A DNA stretch of 64,000 nucleotides from Octopus vulgaris (GCA_951406725.2 OX597814.1:71238001-71302000); one strand, 5' to 3'; shown: positions 45,130-58,605, counted from the stretch's first letter. Translations and numbers: made by a program. Notes: generated by a model not told the origin, from the sequence alone.

Positions 45130-46657
45130 TAATTACTGGTGAAGGCTGGTTTATAGGGTTACCCTGGGTTTCTCGTCATAAAGGGTACCCTTATGGCGTA
45201 TCTTCAGATCCTAAGTTCCGATGGGCTATGGTCTCTTTAAAATACGCAGAGAGTAACGATACAGATATAAACAATGAGGATTATCTCCCTTTGGTGCCGG
45301 TCATCGGTTTCTGGCTGTATCTTCCTCCTTCAGTCACGCCACCTATGAGGGTAAAAGGTAGGGAGTTATCCCCTACTCTCATCAGCAATCAATTTCCAGC
45401 TGTGGTGTAATTATCGTTAATACCGCTATTATCGTATTATGCGGTTCCCAAAACGCTAACAGGAATCTCCTGAAATGCAAGCACGGCCCGAAATTCTCCG
45501 ATCTGGAGTTCAATATGGTCCCTGGTACGTGCGAGTTTTTCAGGATTTCCATGCGTTCAGCTACGCATAACTTTCAGCGTTTCAGTCCATTTATGTACGG
45601 ACCTGGACGGTGGAGGATTTTCCATGATATCGAGTATGGAATTCCATCTTCCTTCAGTTGCTACATATGGTTGACCAGCGATGTTACATATCTCCTTTTC
45701 GGGACCCTGAAGGAGGATCTATTGTTGGATCTAAGTTCCCGCGCATCCAATATATTTCCTTGTATGCGTGGAGCTGCTGTCGTCGGTGCTGTTATTGCTG
45801 TTGCCGTTGTTGCTGTTGTTGCGGTTGTAATTGTCGATGATGTTGCTGCCGTCGGTGCCGTTGTTGTTGTTGTTGTTGTTGCTGCTGTTGATGGTGCTGG
45901 ATTCTGGTGGTGCTGGAGCTGGTGGTTGCGTCGGTATGTCACTGCCTTCGCGTGTGTTGCCGGTGGTGCACGTGTTGCTGTTATTAAGCCTGCCGATGTT
46001 GATGTTGCTGCCGTTGTAGTTATTGCTGCTGCTGCTGCTGCTGCTGTTACCGTCGTTGCTGCTGTTGCTGCTGCTGCTGCTGTTGCTGCTGGCGCTGATG
46101 TTGCTGCTGCCATTGTTGCAACTGGTGCTGACGATGATGATATTGCTGGGATCGGCGAATCTGCTGCTACTGCTACTGTTGTTGTTGCTGGTGCTATCGT
46201 CGACGATGATGTTGCTGGGGCCGTTGGGGCCGTTGTGTTGGTGAAGGTGGGGATTGGGGTGGCATTGGTAATGTTATTGCCGGATGTCGAGGGGCGCCGT
46301 CGATGTTACCACTACAGCCGAAAATATTACAGGATGTGGAAGGGGCGCTGTCGATGTAACCATTGTAGCCGAAAGTGTTACAATACATGTTATTATTGCT
46401 ATTATTATCTTCCCTGGTGGTGGTGTGCCGTTCTCGTTGTCAGAGCTACCATTATTCACGTCTATGCTGGTGCCTCTGCAAGGGGCGCTGCTGCTGTTGC
46501 TGCTGCTTCTGCTGCTGTTGGTGCTGCGGCCGATATAGTTTGGTCTGTTACTGCTGCTTTGAGAACTGTCGCTGGGTCTGAAGATACGCCATAAAGGTAC
46601 CCTTTATGGTGATAAACCCAGGGTAACCCTATTAACCAGCTTTCACCAGTAATTAAT
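45128..46657 (-). mobile_element. RT-less Neptune-type Penelope derivative bounded by inverted 84-bp hammerhead-bearing repeats
   Basis: 45128-45211 is inverted relative to 46574-46657. Minus-strand 45460-45760 reads SSFRVPKRRYVTSLVNHM*QLKEDGIPYSISWKIL..KLCVAERMEI..LNSRSE..CLH (PLE endonuclease C-terminus), preceded by Ala/Thr-rich codons. Confidence 0.75.
45153..45213 (-). ncRNA. Candidate hammerhead ribozyme (second copy on + at ~46575-46631 has GAAA changed to TAAA)
   Basis: taggat CTGAAGA tacgccataaggg-ta-ccctttatgacga GAAA cccaggg T A acccta: long stem II and near-palindromic stem III. Confidence 0.6.
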
Positions 46658-46749
46658 ATAGAGTGCCCTACTTCTTAGAGTGTGCTTCTCCGGATTTATG
46701 CTTTTCTAAGAAAAAAAACGATGTGTGTGTGTGTGTGTGTGTATAAAAT

Positions 46750-47674
46750 AGAACAAAAACGCAATAGAGGACAAGACATTCGAACAGATAGACGATACAA
46801 AGGCGGACAAGAGAAACCACAATTAGGACTGGGGGGACAGGTCATTCATGGCCTTCTTTCTTCAGTCAAGTTACCAGATGTCCTTACTGTTTCGGGGCTG
46901 CCCCCAAAAAAGACAAAGCTAAGAGCATTAGATTTTTGGTAAGAAAGCTAGCTAGTGTACGGTAACAAAGACAAAAAATGGAGAACATAGTATACAATTA
47001 CAAATACAAACAACAAGAATATAACAACAGGTGTCTTTTGACTGAGAACGAATCAAATTGAGTTGGCGTGTATGAAGTGAAAGCCTAAAAGCAGGAACAT
47101 AAGAGATGGACATAAGAGGTGTTGGCGGCTGGCACTCAGGCCAAGCAAGAAAGATCATGGCTGGCCGGACACCTGTCACGTGGAAGGAGGAGAGAGGGGT
47201 AGGGGACAGCGGGATTGAATGATTAGAAAAAAAATCAAAGGACAAAGGGAAAGGTATAGAGGAGATAAATGAGGAGGAAGAGTGGAAAGAGAGGGCCAAG
47301 ACAGGTAGACGATACAAAGGCGGACAGGAGAAACAGCAATTAAAAGGGCAGGGAGGAAAAAGGATGGTCATTCGTGGCCTTCTTTCTTCAGTCAAGTTAC
47401 TAGGTGTCCTTACTGTTTTGAGAACTTACACTTTAAACAGTTCGATCTGGTTGCCCCCCAAAAATTCTAAGCTAATAGCATTAGATATTTTGTAAGAAAG
47501 GCGCAGGAGTGACAATGTGGTAAGTAGCTTGCTTACCAACTACATGACTCCGGGTTTAGTCCCACTGCGTGGAACCTTGGGCAAGTGTCTTCTGCTATAG
47601 CCTAAGGCCGACCAAAGCCTTGTGAGTGGATTTGGTAGACGGAAACTGAAAGAAGCCTGTCGTATGTATGTATG

Positions 47675-47748
<74 letters not shown>

Positions 47749-48046
47749 TGTGTGTATGTATGTATGTGTGTGTGTGTTTTTGTCTCCCCACCATCGCTTG
47801 ACAACCCATTTTGATGTGTTCACGTCCCTGGAACTTAGCGGTTCGGCAAAAGAAACCGATAGAATAAGTACAAGGCTTACAAAGAATAAGTCCTGGGGTC
47901 GATTTGTTCGACTAAAGGCGGTGCTCCAGCATGGCCGCAGTCAAATGACTGAAACAAGTAAAAGAAAGAAAAAAGAAATGTGTATGACAACAAAGACAAA
48001 AAACGTAGAACATGGTACACAGATACAAGCAACAAGAATATAACAA
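46750..48046. repeat. Partial tandem repeat (~520-550 bp period), interrupted by a SINE
   Basis: 46788-46945 resembles 47306-47498, and 46964-47028 resembles 47987-48046. Confidence 0.65.
47499..47965 (+). mobile_element. Full-length tRNA-headed SINE with central (TG)n expansion and CR1-like 3' tail
   Basis: It has A/B-box-like motifs (gacaatgtggtaag; gggtttagtccc), a central microsatellite at 47663-47777 and the tail ggcggtgctccagcatggccgcagtc..gactgaaacaagtaaaag. Confidence 0.85.
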
Positions 48047-48611
48047 ATACACACACACATACATGCATAATATGCTTCTGGGGTCTTCTGTTCTTTTCTC
48101 ATACGAAGTAAAGCTAACTAGTATCACACATTCAGTATGAATCTCTGACGAAAGGATAACATAGAAAAATAACCTAACCTGGATTGTATAATTCGAGCAT
48201 AACCTTCACTGTGAAATGTAAGATGACATAAATAAATCCTTTACAAACTGACTCGCCAGTTTTGTTTTCACAATACAACTGTGTATGTGTGCCTTTGTAT
48301 ATATGCATATGCAAATATACATATATACCCGCATGTATATGCATACATATATCGAGAACCGATCATTCGATGCCTTCTAAGATTGGGGGAGAATTCACAA
48401 CTATTTCTGGCAGGTTAGACAACCGCGTATCTTGGGTTGTAAGAGGTAAATCGAATGTTTATTTTATTTTATCATGACTCGAATATAGACAAACAGATCA
48501 ATGGTTCCAGTAGTGAACTATATTAATATGTTTCAATACAGCTGGATTGGACAGCGTTGATAACAGAACACTGTCGATCTACGAGTCTCTAGTACACTCT
48601 TATGAGTGTAC

Positions 48612-48648
<37 letters not shown>

Positions 48649-50001
48649 CGTGCGCGCGTATATGTGTGTGTGTCTGTGTCTGAGTATGCTTAACCCTTTG
48701 TTTGATGTATATGAGAGACAAATCATAGAATGAGACATCAGAATGAGACATTAGGATTTGTAATTGAGACTTTAGTTTAGCACATATCTGCCTTGAGTGG
48801 GTGCAAGATGAAGCGGTTTATAACACAGACACAACAGTAAGGTTATATTGTAATAATTCACTTTCTACCTTCCATTGCCGTGAATGCTACGCGAGAAAGA
48901 CGGATGTAATTACAGAATAGTGTTCCCAAAGTGCATTCTTCATACTACTGTTGAAACTAGTGCCAAAATTTGGAAAACAATGAAATCCCAAATCGCGATA
49001 AATTTGTCTCATGTCCACGTGATACATAAATAAATACATAAATAAATTCTGCTGTGATGAGCTGACATTTGATGCTTAGCATTTGTCTTGTCATGGGAAT
49101 TCGGTATCAAGTTGTCAGAAAATAGAATATGTTTGGTAAACCGACCATCTCTGGTGAGATCAGATTGTGATTGATTGATTTTCTAAAATAAAATAAAATC
49201 GTAACGGTTGGGTCAGTGTATAAATATAATGTGCGTGATTGTAATTAGAAGAATGATCTTCCATCCAAACCGAGGAAAAGCAAATAATATGGGGTGTATA
49301 TATACATTTGTGTGTGTGTATGTGCGTGTGTGCGCACGCGCGTGCGTGTATTGGCATGTGTGTGTATTTTTCTGTATTATACAGTGATGCATGCATATGT
49401 GTATGTTTGTGTCCAAAAATATGATACTGTTTATACGTATCTTTTACACTGAAATTTCATTTTGATTGGTCGCTTACCCGACAGCTAGATTATGAAAAAG
49501 AGTATAAACTAAATATTGAAATAATATCTTATTTTTCTTCGTGCAACCATTCTGTCTTTAAAATTTAAGAAAATGCACCAGTATTGTCTGGTAATTATCT
49601 GTAATTATTGGATTCTGGTCTTTCTCAAGGAATCCTAGTTCAACTCTACTTCTTCCTTGCGATTTGTTACATATTCTAGTACTTCAATGATAATGTGTAT
49701 GGATACAGAGAGCGAATTTTTAGAACAAATACACCTCAAAATGATAGTATGTTGTCAACTTAATGTGACAGTCCCATGAAAGGGAAGAATCCTTCTGTTA
49801 TTTAGCCCTAGGAAACACCGTTTCCTGTTGGACTTGACACATTTCCTGAGTCCTTATGTTACATTAAGTGGAGACAACTTAATCTCTGAGAGATTTAGAA
49901 ATGTATTATTTCTATTTTCAAAAATCAGTGAATGTACTTTACTTGAAATATGTATATTTTCAAAGGCGGATAGGCATCGACAGCTAGCAGGCCATGCTAC
50001 T

Positions 50002-50042
50002 CCAGACTGATGATGAGCAATGACTCTGAAACTAGTCTCTGG
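50002..50042 (+). ncRNA. Minimal type-I hammerhead ribozyme (copy 1)
   Basis: ccaga CTGATGA t gag-caatga-ctc t GAAA ctag T C tctgg, with the GUC site at 50035-50037 and palindromic stem III (ACTAGT). Confidence 0.75.
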
Positions 50043-50142
50043 GTACTGACTTTGCTGGGTGGAGGTGCTTATCTCCAATTTGAAAACATAAAGCCACAGG
50101 AAATGTGTCAAGTCGAACAGGAAACGGTGTTTCCTAGGGCTA

Positions 50143-51611
50143 ACGAGCTAATTGCTAAAGAAGGAAACAGCCTGAGACTGACCCCTCCAAAAGAAATATT
50201 GGAAGAAACAGCCAAAAAAAAAACAGCTGTTTATAGAACACTGTCGAACAGCAGCAAAAAGATTGAATTAGCAAGCACTGAAGAAATGGAGGAGTGCCTC
50301 AAGGAGGTGAAGCACCTTACCACGTACTACACCAGAGGCAAGAGGTACAGCACAGTGGAGGTACTCAGTAAAGTGCTCCACTGTGCCTCTAAGGTCGGAT
50401 GAGTGAGCACTGCTGCCGAACTATTGTGACAAACGTGCGGCCAGAATTAGGATTGGCAGAGTGCTCCCAGAAATTGATGAAATGTGCTGGTGGCAGCCAT
50501 CCTCTTCAACGCCGAGGAGGAAACCAATGTCCTGAGGGTCACGAGGACAACGGAAGTGAACTGGTTTGGATACGGCCTTGAGGTGACGGTCCAAATCAGA
50601 GTCCCGGATCTGCATAAAATTGTGGATGAGATTGTGTTACCAGGGGACGTCAAACTACGAGTGTTAGTGAAGGGAAGACCTCCCATCTGCTACCACTGTG
50701 GAGTACGGGGTCACATGAAACAAGAAGTGGAACAGGAGGTAGAACAGGCACAGCAGCAGCAGGAGGTGGAGCAAGGTGTGGTGGCGCAAGGCCAGGTAAA
50801 GGAAGCATCGGAAGTAGCAGAAGTGAAACACCCAGTCGGAAAGAGAAAGAAAAAGAGGGAGGAAAATGCATTATCGCCTCCAAAAAGCCCACAGAAAAAG
50901 AGAAAATGCAATTTGGAGGACATGCAGATAGAAGATGCAGAAGCAAAATAGAAAATTGCAGAAGAGAGAACAAACGAAAAAGAAAGTATGCAGAAAGGAA
51001 AAGAAGCAACAACGAGGAGCGGGAGTAAGATGGACACGCAAGTACCAGGAACATCGGGAAGATGGAAAGTGGAAAGAGGAGGCGAAAAGAAGAAATTTGA
51101 GGAGGATGGTGAAATACAAGAAGAGTATAGAGATAGAGAAGAGGTTTTACGAAGTTGAAAAATGTTATAAGAGTGAAAATAACGGGAAGTGAATATACAG
51201 AGGACAACAGAATGGTTTTTGCTGGAAAGTAATAGAGCGGATAAATTGAAAGAATTGTTCGGTGAGCGGATTGATTTACCGCGTTGTGGTTTAGATGTGA
51301 TGAGTTGCCACAAGTTGTGGCATTCGAAGACATTGTGCAATATTTTGTCGATGAAAAGAGTAAGTAAAATTTGCAAAATTGAACTATGTTTAAAAAAAAG
51401 TGCCATAAACTGTACTCGAACATGAATTGCATAAACAGTTAAATGACACTGCTTGCGTATGGGGCGCAAATAAGACATTTCATTTTTCTCATTATATCAC
51501 TATATTCATATCCATTCGATTTTTGTTTTATGTACCCCCACTGTATTGTGTTGTCTGTCTTTGTTCGTCCCTTCTTTGTAAGAGCTATATGCTCATAGTA
51601 AAGAATAACGA
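50143..51611 (+). pseudogene. ORF1-only Tx1 derivative (gag-like, frameshifted) with a Tx1-like 3' tail
   Basis: KTAVYRT..TTYYTRGKRYSTVEV, NWFGYGLEV and VKGRPPICYHCGVRGH align with the ORF1 at 32575. There is no APE or RT. The T-rich 3' end finishing taaagaata resembles 37800-37880. Confidence 0.75.
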
Positions 51612-51629
51612 TAGCAGGCCATGCTTCTC

Positions 51630-51668
51630 CAGACTGATGATGAGCAATGACTCTGAAACTAGTCTCTG
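51630..51668 (+). ncRNA. Minimal type-I hammerhead ribozyme (copy 2)
   Basis: The core is identical to 50003-50041, with the GUC site at 51662-51664. Confidence 0.75.
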
Positions 51669-51859
51669 AATGCTGGCTTTGCTGGGTGAAGATGCTTAAA
51701 ATGTGTCAAGTTTAACAGGAAACGGTGTTTCCTAGGGCTAAATAACAGTAGCATTCTTCCCTTTCGTGGGACTGTCACATTAAGTTGACAACATACTATC
51801 ACTTTATCGCGCTGTACTGCATAAATCTCTCTGAGAGATTTAGAAATGTATTTTTTTTT

Positions 51860-52570
51860 CAATGTTATTTGGTATCAACTTTCCATCTGTAAACTCTCCA
51901 TTTATTTCTTTGTAGAATCTCTTCTGATTAACTCTGAATAACCTGTTCTTCTGGTATCCCTTCATTCTTTGGTCGTATCTTACCATCTTTGCTTTCTTTG
52001 CAATGAGGCGCTGTTTCAGTTCCTTCTTTACCACTTTCAGGCCCTTTCTTCCAATATCATACTTCCTATTCAGTGCCCGGTATTTTTGTTCGCTTTTAAG
52101 CTCTCCTTTCTCTTTTCCGTCTAACACAGAAATGTCCTTCGAGAGCATATCTAACCCCGCTACATGGATCTCAGATCTTAAGATGTGCGTTCTGCCCAAT
52201 AAGGCAGCTCTTTGCAAGACATCAATCTTGCATGGGGTTTCCAGTTGCCTTAAGAAGTTTTGAAATTTCAATGGGATTGAACCCAACGCTCTGATCACCA
52301 CTGATATCACTTTTACATTACCCTCTCGCATTCGATACAGTCTTTCAATTCGGAGTACTTGGTAATTTTTTTCAATCTTTTTACTCACAACATTCATGTC
52401 ATTTGGTATGGCTACATCAATAATCTGACAGTATTTATCTCTCTTATTCAATATAACAATATCCGGCCGACGCTATTCGATTACACGATCCGCCTGAAAC
52501 TCAGAGTCCCAAAGTGTCGTTACTTTTCCATCCTCCTGCATAACTTTACTTGGTACATGCTCATACCAGT
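51860..52570 (-). mobile_element. Fused R4/Dong fragments (RLE C-terminus joined to an N-terminal piece)
   Basis: IIDVAIP..VISVVIRALG..LQRAALLG at 52170-52570 is followed directly by the pre-RT segment at 51860-52165. Confidence 0.75.
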
Positions 52571-52668
52571 TCTCAGAACGAATGAAGATACATACACGCT
52601 TTATCGTGGCGGCCCTTGTATTCTTTTATTATTATTATCATCATCATCATCATTATTATTATTATTAT

Positions 52669-53886
<1,218 letters not shown>

Positions 53887-53904
53887 GGCGGCGGGCTAGC
53901 AGAA

Positions 53905-54345
53905 TATGAAATCATGTGGGACATGACCATCCAATGTGACCAGAAAACTCAATGTGACTAGAAAACCTAACATTGTTGTGGTAGAAAATAGAAAGGACAA
54001 AGCAATTCTTGTAGACATTGCTTCACCGTGGGATCACAGGTAAGTGAGAAAGTTGAAAAATTATCAGGAGCTGAAGAAGTAAATCAGGAAACTATGGAGA
54101 ATCAACCACTTAGCAGTGGTACCGATTGTGGTTGGCACACTGATAACAGTGAGTAAAAGGTTGGAAGCCTGACTTGAGAAGCTAGGAATTACCATCATGA
54201 CGGTAATTTTCATAACAGAAAATAGCCTTAATAGAAACAACAAGGGTTAGAAAATTGAAGGAGAAGGAATGACTTAAAGGACCTTTGGTCATCGGATATG
54301 GCTCGCTCTTTTGGTATAGTATCGACGCAGTTATTGAGGATATTT
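53905..54345 (+). mobile_element. Decayed RLE (R4/Dong-like) 3' fragment
   Basis: Reads EIMWDMTIQCD..KPNIVVV..ILVDIASPWD..VVPIVVGTL, with stops. Confidence 0.7.
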
Positions 54346-54428
54346 TTAGTTATTTGGTTTAAATGTTTGTCCGTATTGTTAGAGTAGACAGATACATACA
54401 TCGACAGAAATGTAAGTTGATTATTATA

Positions 54429-54781
<353 letters not shown>

Positions 54782-56029
54782 TTTTAGATTGCCCCCTTCA
54801 ATACTGCCTATGTGGATTTTTACATTTCAAGAATCAAATGTTTCAGAAAAATATACAATTTCATCATACAATTTTCAAAATAGCTGCAGAATTTCCATGG
54901 GCACTGCTAGTTATTATTATTATTATTATTGTGAAGAGACGGAATCTTAGAGCTCCGTAAGTTTCAAGAGTTTTATCAATTATTTCGGCTGGTTAAGGCC
55001 CGTTTAGTCAATTATTTCGAGTTAACTATTTTGCTAACATTGTCTGGACGCGAGGGTAAAATTTCTGTTCAATTACATTCCCTTTTAGTTGGTGTGACTC
55101 TGTGATATTTATTTGGCATTCCTTGTGAAAACAATTTTTTTTTAGGCGGGTGCAGTTTTAAAAATGTCGGAATACGACAAAATAATGATAATCGACTGTG
55201 GACAGAGCTCTGTCAACCCAATGTAACCATAACAACGGAACATAATGCCAATGGCAGACAAGTTGGAGCTCAAATAAATTCATTGAATCAAAAAAGTGGT
55301 ATTTCGTCTTGTTGCTATGACGACAGTAACACCTACAAAAATACAAGCAGTAACACCGATAGTAATAACAACAACAACAAAGTGTACAACAGAAGCTGCA
55401 ACAGCAGAAGCAACAATAATAGCAACAGCATCAGCAATGACAACAGCAACAATGTGAACAACAACGCAAACAACAACAGCAGCAAGAGCGTGAACGAAAA
55501 CAAGAATGTAGTTATCAACAGCAAATATCGACTACAGTAGTAAACAGCAAAAACTGTAAAAAAAAAACTACAGTAGCAGCTACAACAACAACATAAAAAA
55601 AACATTAAGGCAATTCTTTATCATTTTCGAGAGCAGTTAACCAGTGGACTGTATATTTGGTGCAAGATCTGAAAGTACAAAATGCTATTATAAAACCAGT
55701 ACAAAAATATTATTATAAAACCAGATGTTATGTCGCTTAGTGAGGAGGAAAAGCTAACTCTGAACGGAAAACCATTGTGTATAAATGCGTTTCTCAAAGG
55801 TAGAAGAAACTTAAATTTCCTACTCCGACAGAAACTGAAAAATGTCTCCAAGATGTGTAGCCCTCAACGCTACACATGTATAAAGGAAAACTATACAAGA
55901 CAGTTGCTGTTATATGCATCAATGAGCTAGAAGACTTATTGGACTCGGTCAGTGGGTTGATAGTACAAGACGTGAAGCAACTACAACGAGTCATATAGTT
56001 CGTATCTAGATAGAGTATTTGTTAGGTCA

Positions 56030-58312
56030 GCAAGTTGGGATAGCGTAGGATGTCTGCAATTCAAATTGGTCTGCAAAGAAAGAGGCTTGAAAGTGCCACT
56101 ATGAAAGGCTACTAAATGTAGAGAACTCACGGAAGAAGGAGAGTCTGCCTAATGTTGATCCAACAAAGGGACCAGAAATCCGAATAGACAGTAGCGTTGT
56201 AGACAAAGCCATGAAGGATATGAAGACAGGGAAAGCCCCCGGCCCATCAGGAATAACCGCTATGATTCTTATAATATCTGGCGGTGTGGGTTATAGTCTA
56301 ATCACTCAAAGTCATACCCAGTGACTGGTGTAGCAGCACCATAGCCAATTGTTACAAAGATGAAGGTGACGCCTTAGATAGAAATAATTATAGAGGTATC
56401 AAATTGTTGGATCGGGGGATGAACGTCATTGAGGGGATCATACCTCAAATAATTAGGAAGAGAGATAGTCTAGATGAGATGCAGTTTGGTTTTGTGCCAG
56501 GTAGAAGCACCACTGAAGCTATATTACCGGCAAGGCAGCTGCAGGAGAAATACCAAGCCGAAGATAAACTTCTGTACATAGCCTTTGCTGATTTGGAGAA
56601 AGCTTTTGACAGGGACCCCGCTCCCTTATCTGATGTCAATGCGGAAAGTAGGGATAGGCGAGTGATTGGTGAGAGCTGTACAAGCCATATACAGGGATGC
56701 AGTCAGTAAGGTGAGGATTGGCAACGAGTATAGCGATGATTTCAGGGTACAAGTAGAGGTTCACCAAGGATCAGTCCTCAACCAACTCCTGTTCATCACA
56801 GTCCTCCAGGCAATAACAGAGAATTCAAGACGGGCTGCCGTGAGAGCTCCTCTATGCTGATAAGCTTGTTCTTATAGCCGAATCACTACAAGAACTAAAG
56901 AAATTTCAGGTGTCGAAGTAAGGTCTAGAATCGAAGGGCCTTAGAGTCAATCGAGCAAAAACCAAAGTCTTAGTCAGTAAGAAAGCGAACAAATCAAAAA
57001 TCCTTTCAGGTAGATGGTCCCGCTCGATATGTGGGAAAGATGTAGGTAGAAATTCTATAAGATGTACCCGGTGCAAGCAATGGATATATAAGAGGTGCAG
57101 CAATATCAGACGAAGGTTAACCAGGAAAATAGTTTTTGTTTGTGGAAGGTGCACAGGTACAATAAGCACTAAAAATGTACAGAAAAAAGACTCCAACAAA
57201 TGACAGTGGGGTAAGCTAGAAGTAGTCGATAGCTTCCGTTATCTAGGTGACCAAAGCAGTAGCGGAAGTCGCTGCTCCGAGAGCGTAGCTGCGAGAATAA
57301 GAACAGGCTGGACAAAGTTCCTAAAGCACTTACTTTTGCTGGCAACGAAGGGCCTCTCTCTCTCTCAGAGTGAAAGGCAAACTGTATTATTCCTGTGTGC
57401 GAACAGCTATGCTACACAGCAGTGAAATATGGGCTGTGACCGCCCAGGATATGCGTAGGCTTGAAAGAAATGAAGCTAGTATGCTTCGTTAGATGTGCAA
57501 TGTCAGTGTGCATGTACGACAGAGTGTGAACGTCTTAAGAAAAAAGTTGGACAAAAGAGGCACCAGATATGGTGTGCAAGAGAGACGACTGTGCTGATAT
57601 GGTCATGTGATGCGTATGGATGAGGACAGCTGTGTGAAGATGTGCCGATCTCTCACTGTGGAAGGAATAGAGGTAGACCCAGGAAGACATGGGATGAGGT
57701 GATGAAGCATGATCTTCGAACGTTGGGCCTCACAGAGGCAATGACTAGTGACCGAAGACCTTTGGCGATATGCCATACTTGGGAAGACCCATCAAGCCAA
57801 GTGAAATAGTAGTCGTGGCCGATGCTAGTGTCACGTAACTTGCACCCATATAGGTGGAACATAAAAAGCACCTTTTGAGCGTTGGGCCACGCGGAGGCAA
57901 TGTGGCCGATGCCGGTGTCGCGTAACTAGCACCTGTGCCGGTGTCAACATAACTAGCACCTGTGCAAGTGGCACGTAAAAAGCACCTTTCGAGCATTGGG
58001 CCTCACACAGGCAATGACAAATGATCTAGACCTTTGGCAATATGCTGTACTTGAGAAGATACTCATCAAGCCAAGTGAAGCCGTAGTCGTGGCAAATACT
58101 GGTGTCATGTAACTGGCACCTGTGCTGGTGGAACTAAAAAGTATCCACTACACTCTCGGAGTGGTTGGCTGTAGGAAGAGCATCCAGCCGTAGAAACCAT
58201 GCCAAATTTGACTGTAGTCTGATGCAGCCCCCTGAGCTTGCCAACCTTGGTCAAACCGTCCAACTCATGCCAGCATGGACAACGGGCATTAAATGATGAT
58301 GATGATGATGAT
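56030..58312 (+). mobile_element. Decayed 5'-truncated RTE-clade LINE with (GAT)n tail
   Basis: Reads MKTGKAPGPSGI, NYRGIKLL, QFGFVPGRST, FADLEKAFDR, HQGSVL and LYAD, with a Cys-rich insert and GRPRKTW. The 3' UTR is internally duplicated (57720-58140) and ends ..ttaaat(gat)n. Confidence 0.85.
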
Positions 58313-58605
58313 GAGGAGGAGGAGGAGGAGGAGGAGGAGGAGGAGGAGGAGGAGGAGGATATACTGTCAGAGTTACCTACATCGATATTCTTCCTTATAT
58401 TGTCCTGGAATGAAAACTTCTAGCCATTTCCCATAATGCTCTTTGTTTTGGTGGCCTGTATCCGAATGATTTTTGTTTCGAACAACCGATTAATTTAAAT
58501 AAGATATTCTTTCGTTCTACAAGTATGCCAAAATCTTTTCAGCAGAACGTTTTTCTTACATTCCACTGCTTGAAATTTTTGAAAAACGAAAAGAGAAACA
58601 GCAGC

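Larger units (their letters stand above)
49742..51852 (+). mobile_element. Hammerhead-bearing partial tandem repeat with upstream inverted copy, enclosing a Tx1-type ORF1
   Basis: 49985-50142 resembles 51612-51742, and 49742-49845 is inverted relative to 51699-51800. 49883-49907 is identical to 51828-51852. Confidence 0.8.

Noticed and set aside
45515-46594. 359-aa Ala/Val-rich + strand ORF that looks like a membrane protein
   Set aside because: It is the antisense shadow of low-complexity codons. The recognisable PLE homology is on the minus strand.
46850-47430. Minus-strand CTGAAGA and nearby GAAAcagTA motifs in the tandem repeat as another hammerhead
   Set aside because: I could not build consistent stems I and II in either copy.
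47499-47580. tRNA-like sequence
   Set aside because: It is the head of a multicopy SINE, with no complete cloverleaf or acceptor stem.
50650-51478. 260-aa and 255-aa minus-strand ORFs
   Set aside because: They are antisense to the purine-rich Tx1 ORF1 relic and have no motifs.
55200-55990. AAC/AGC-rich tract followed by KNIIIKPD-like codons suggesting a Penelope 5' remnant
   Set aside because: It is too degenerate and no other motifs support it.
57720-58140. Short spaced repeats (gtaactagcacctgtgc) resembling a CRISPR array
   Set aside because: The spacing is irregular, the context is eukaryotic, and they are part of the duplicated RTE 3' UTR with no cas genes.
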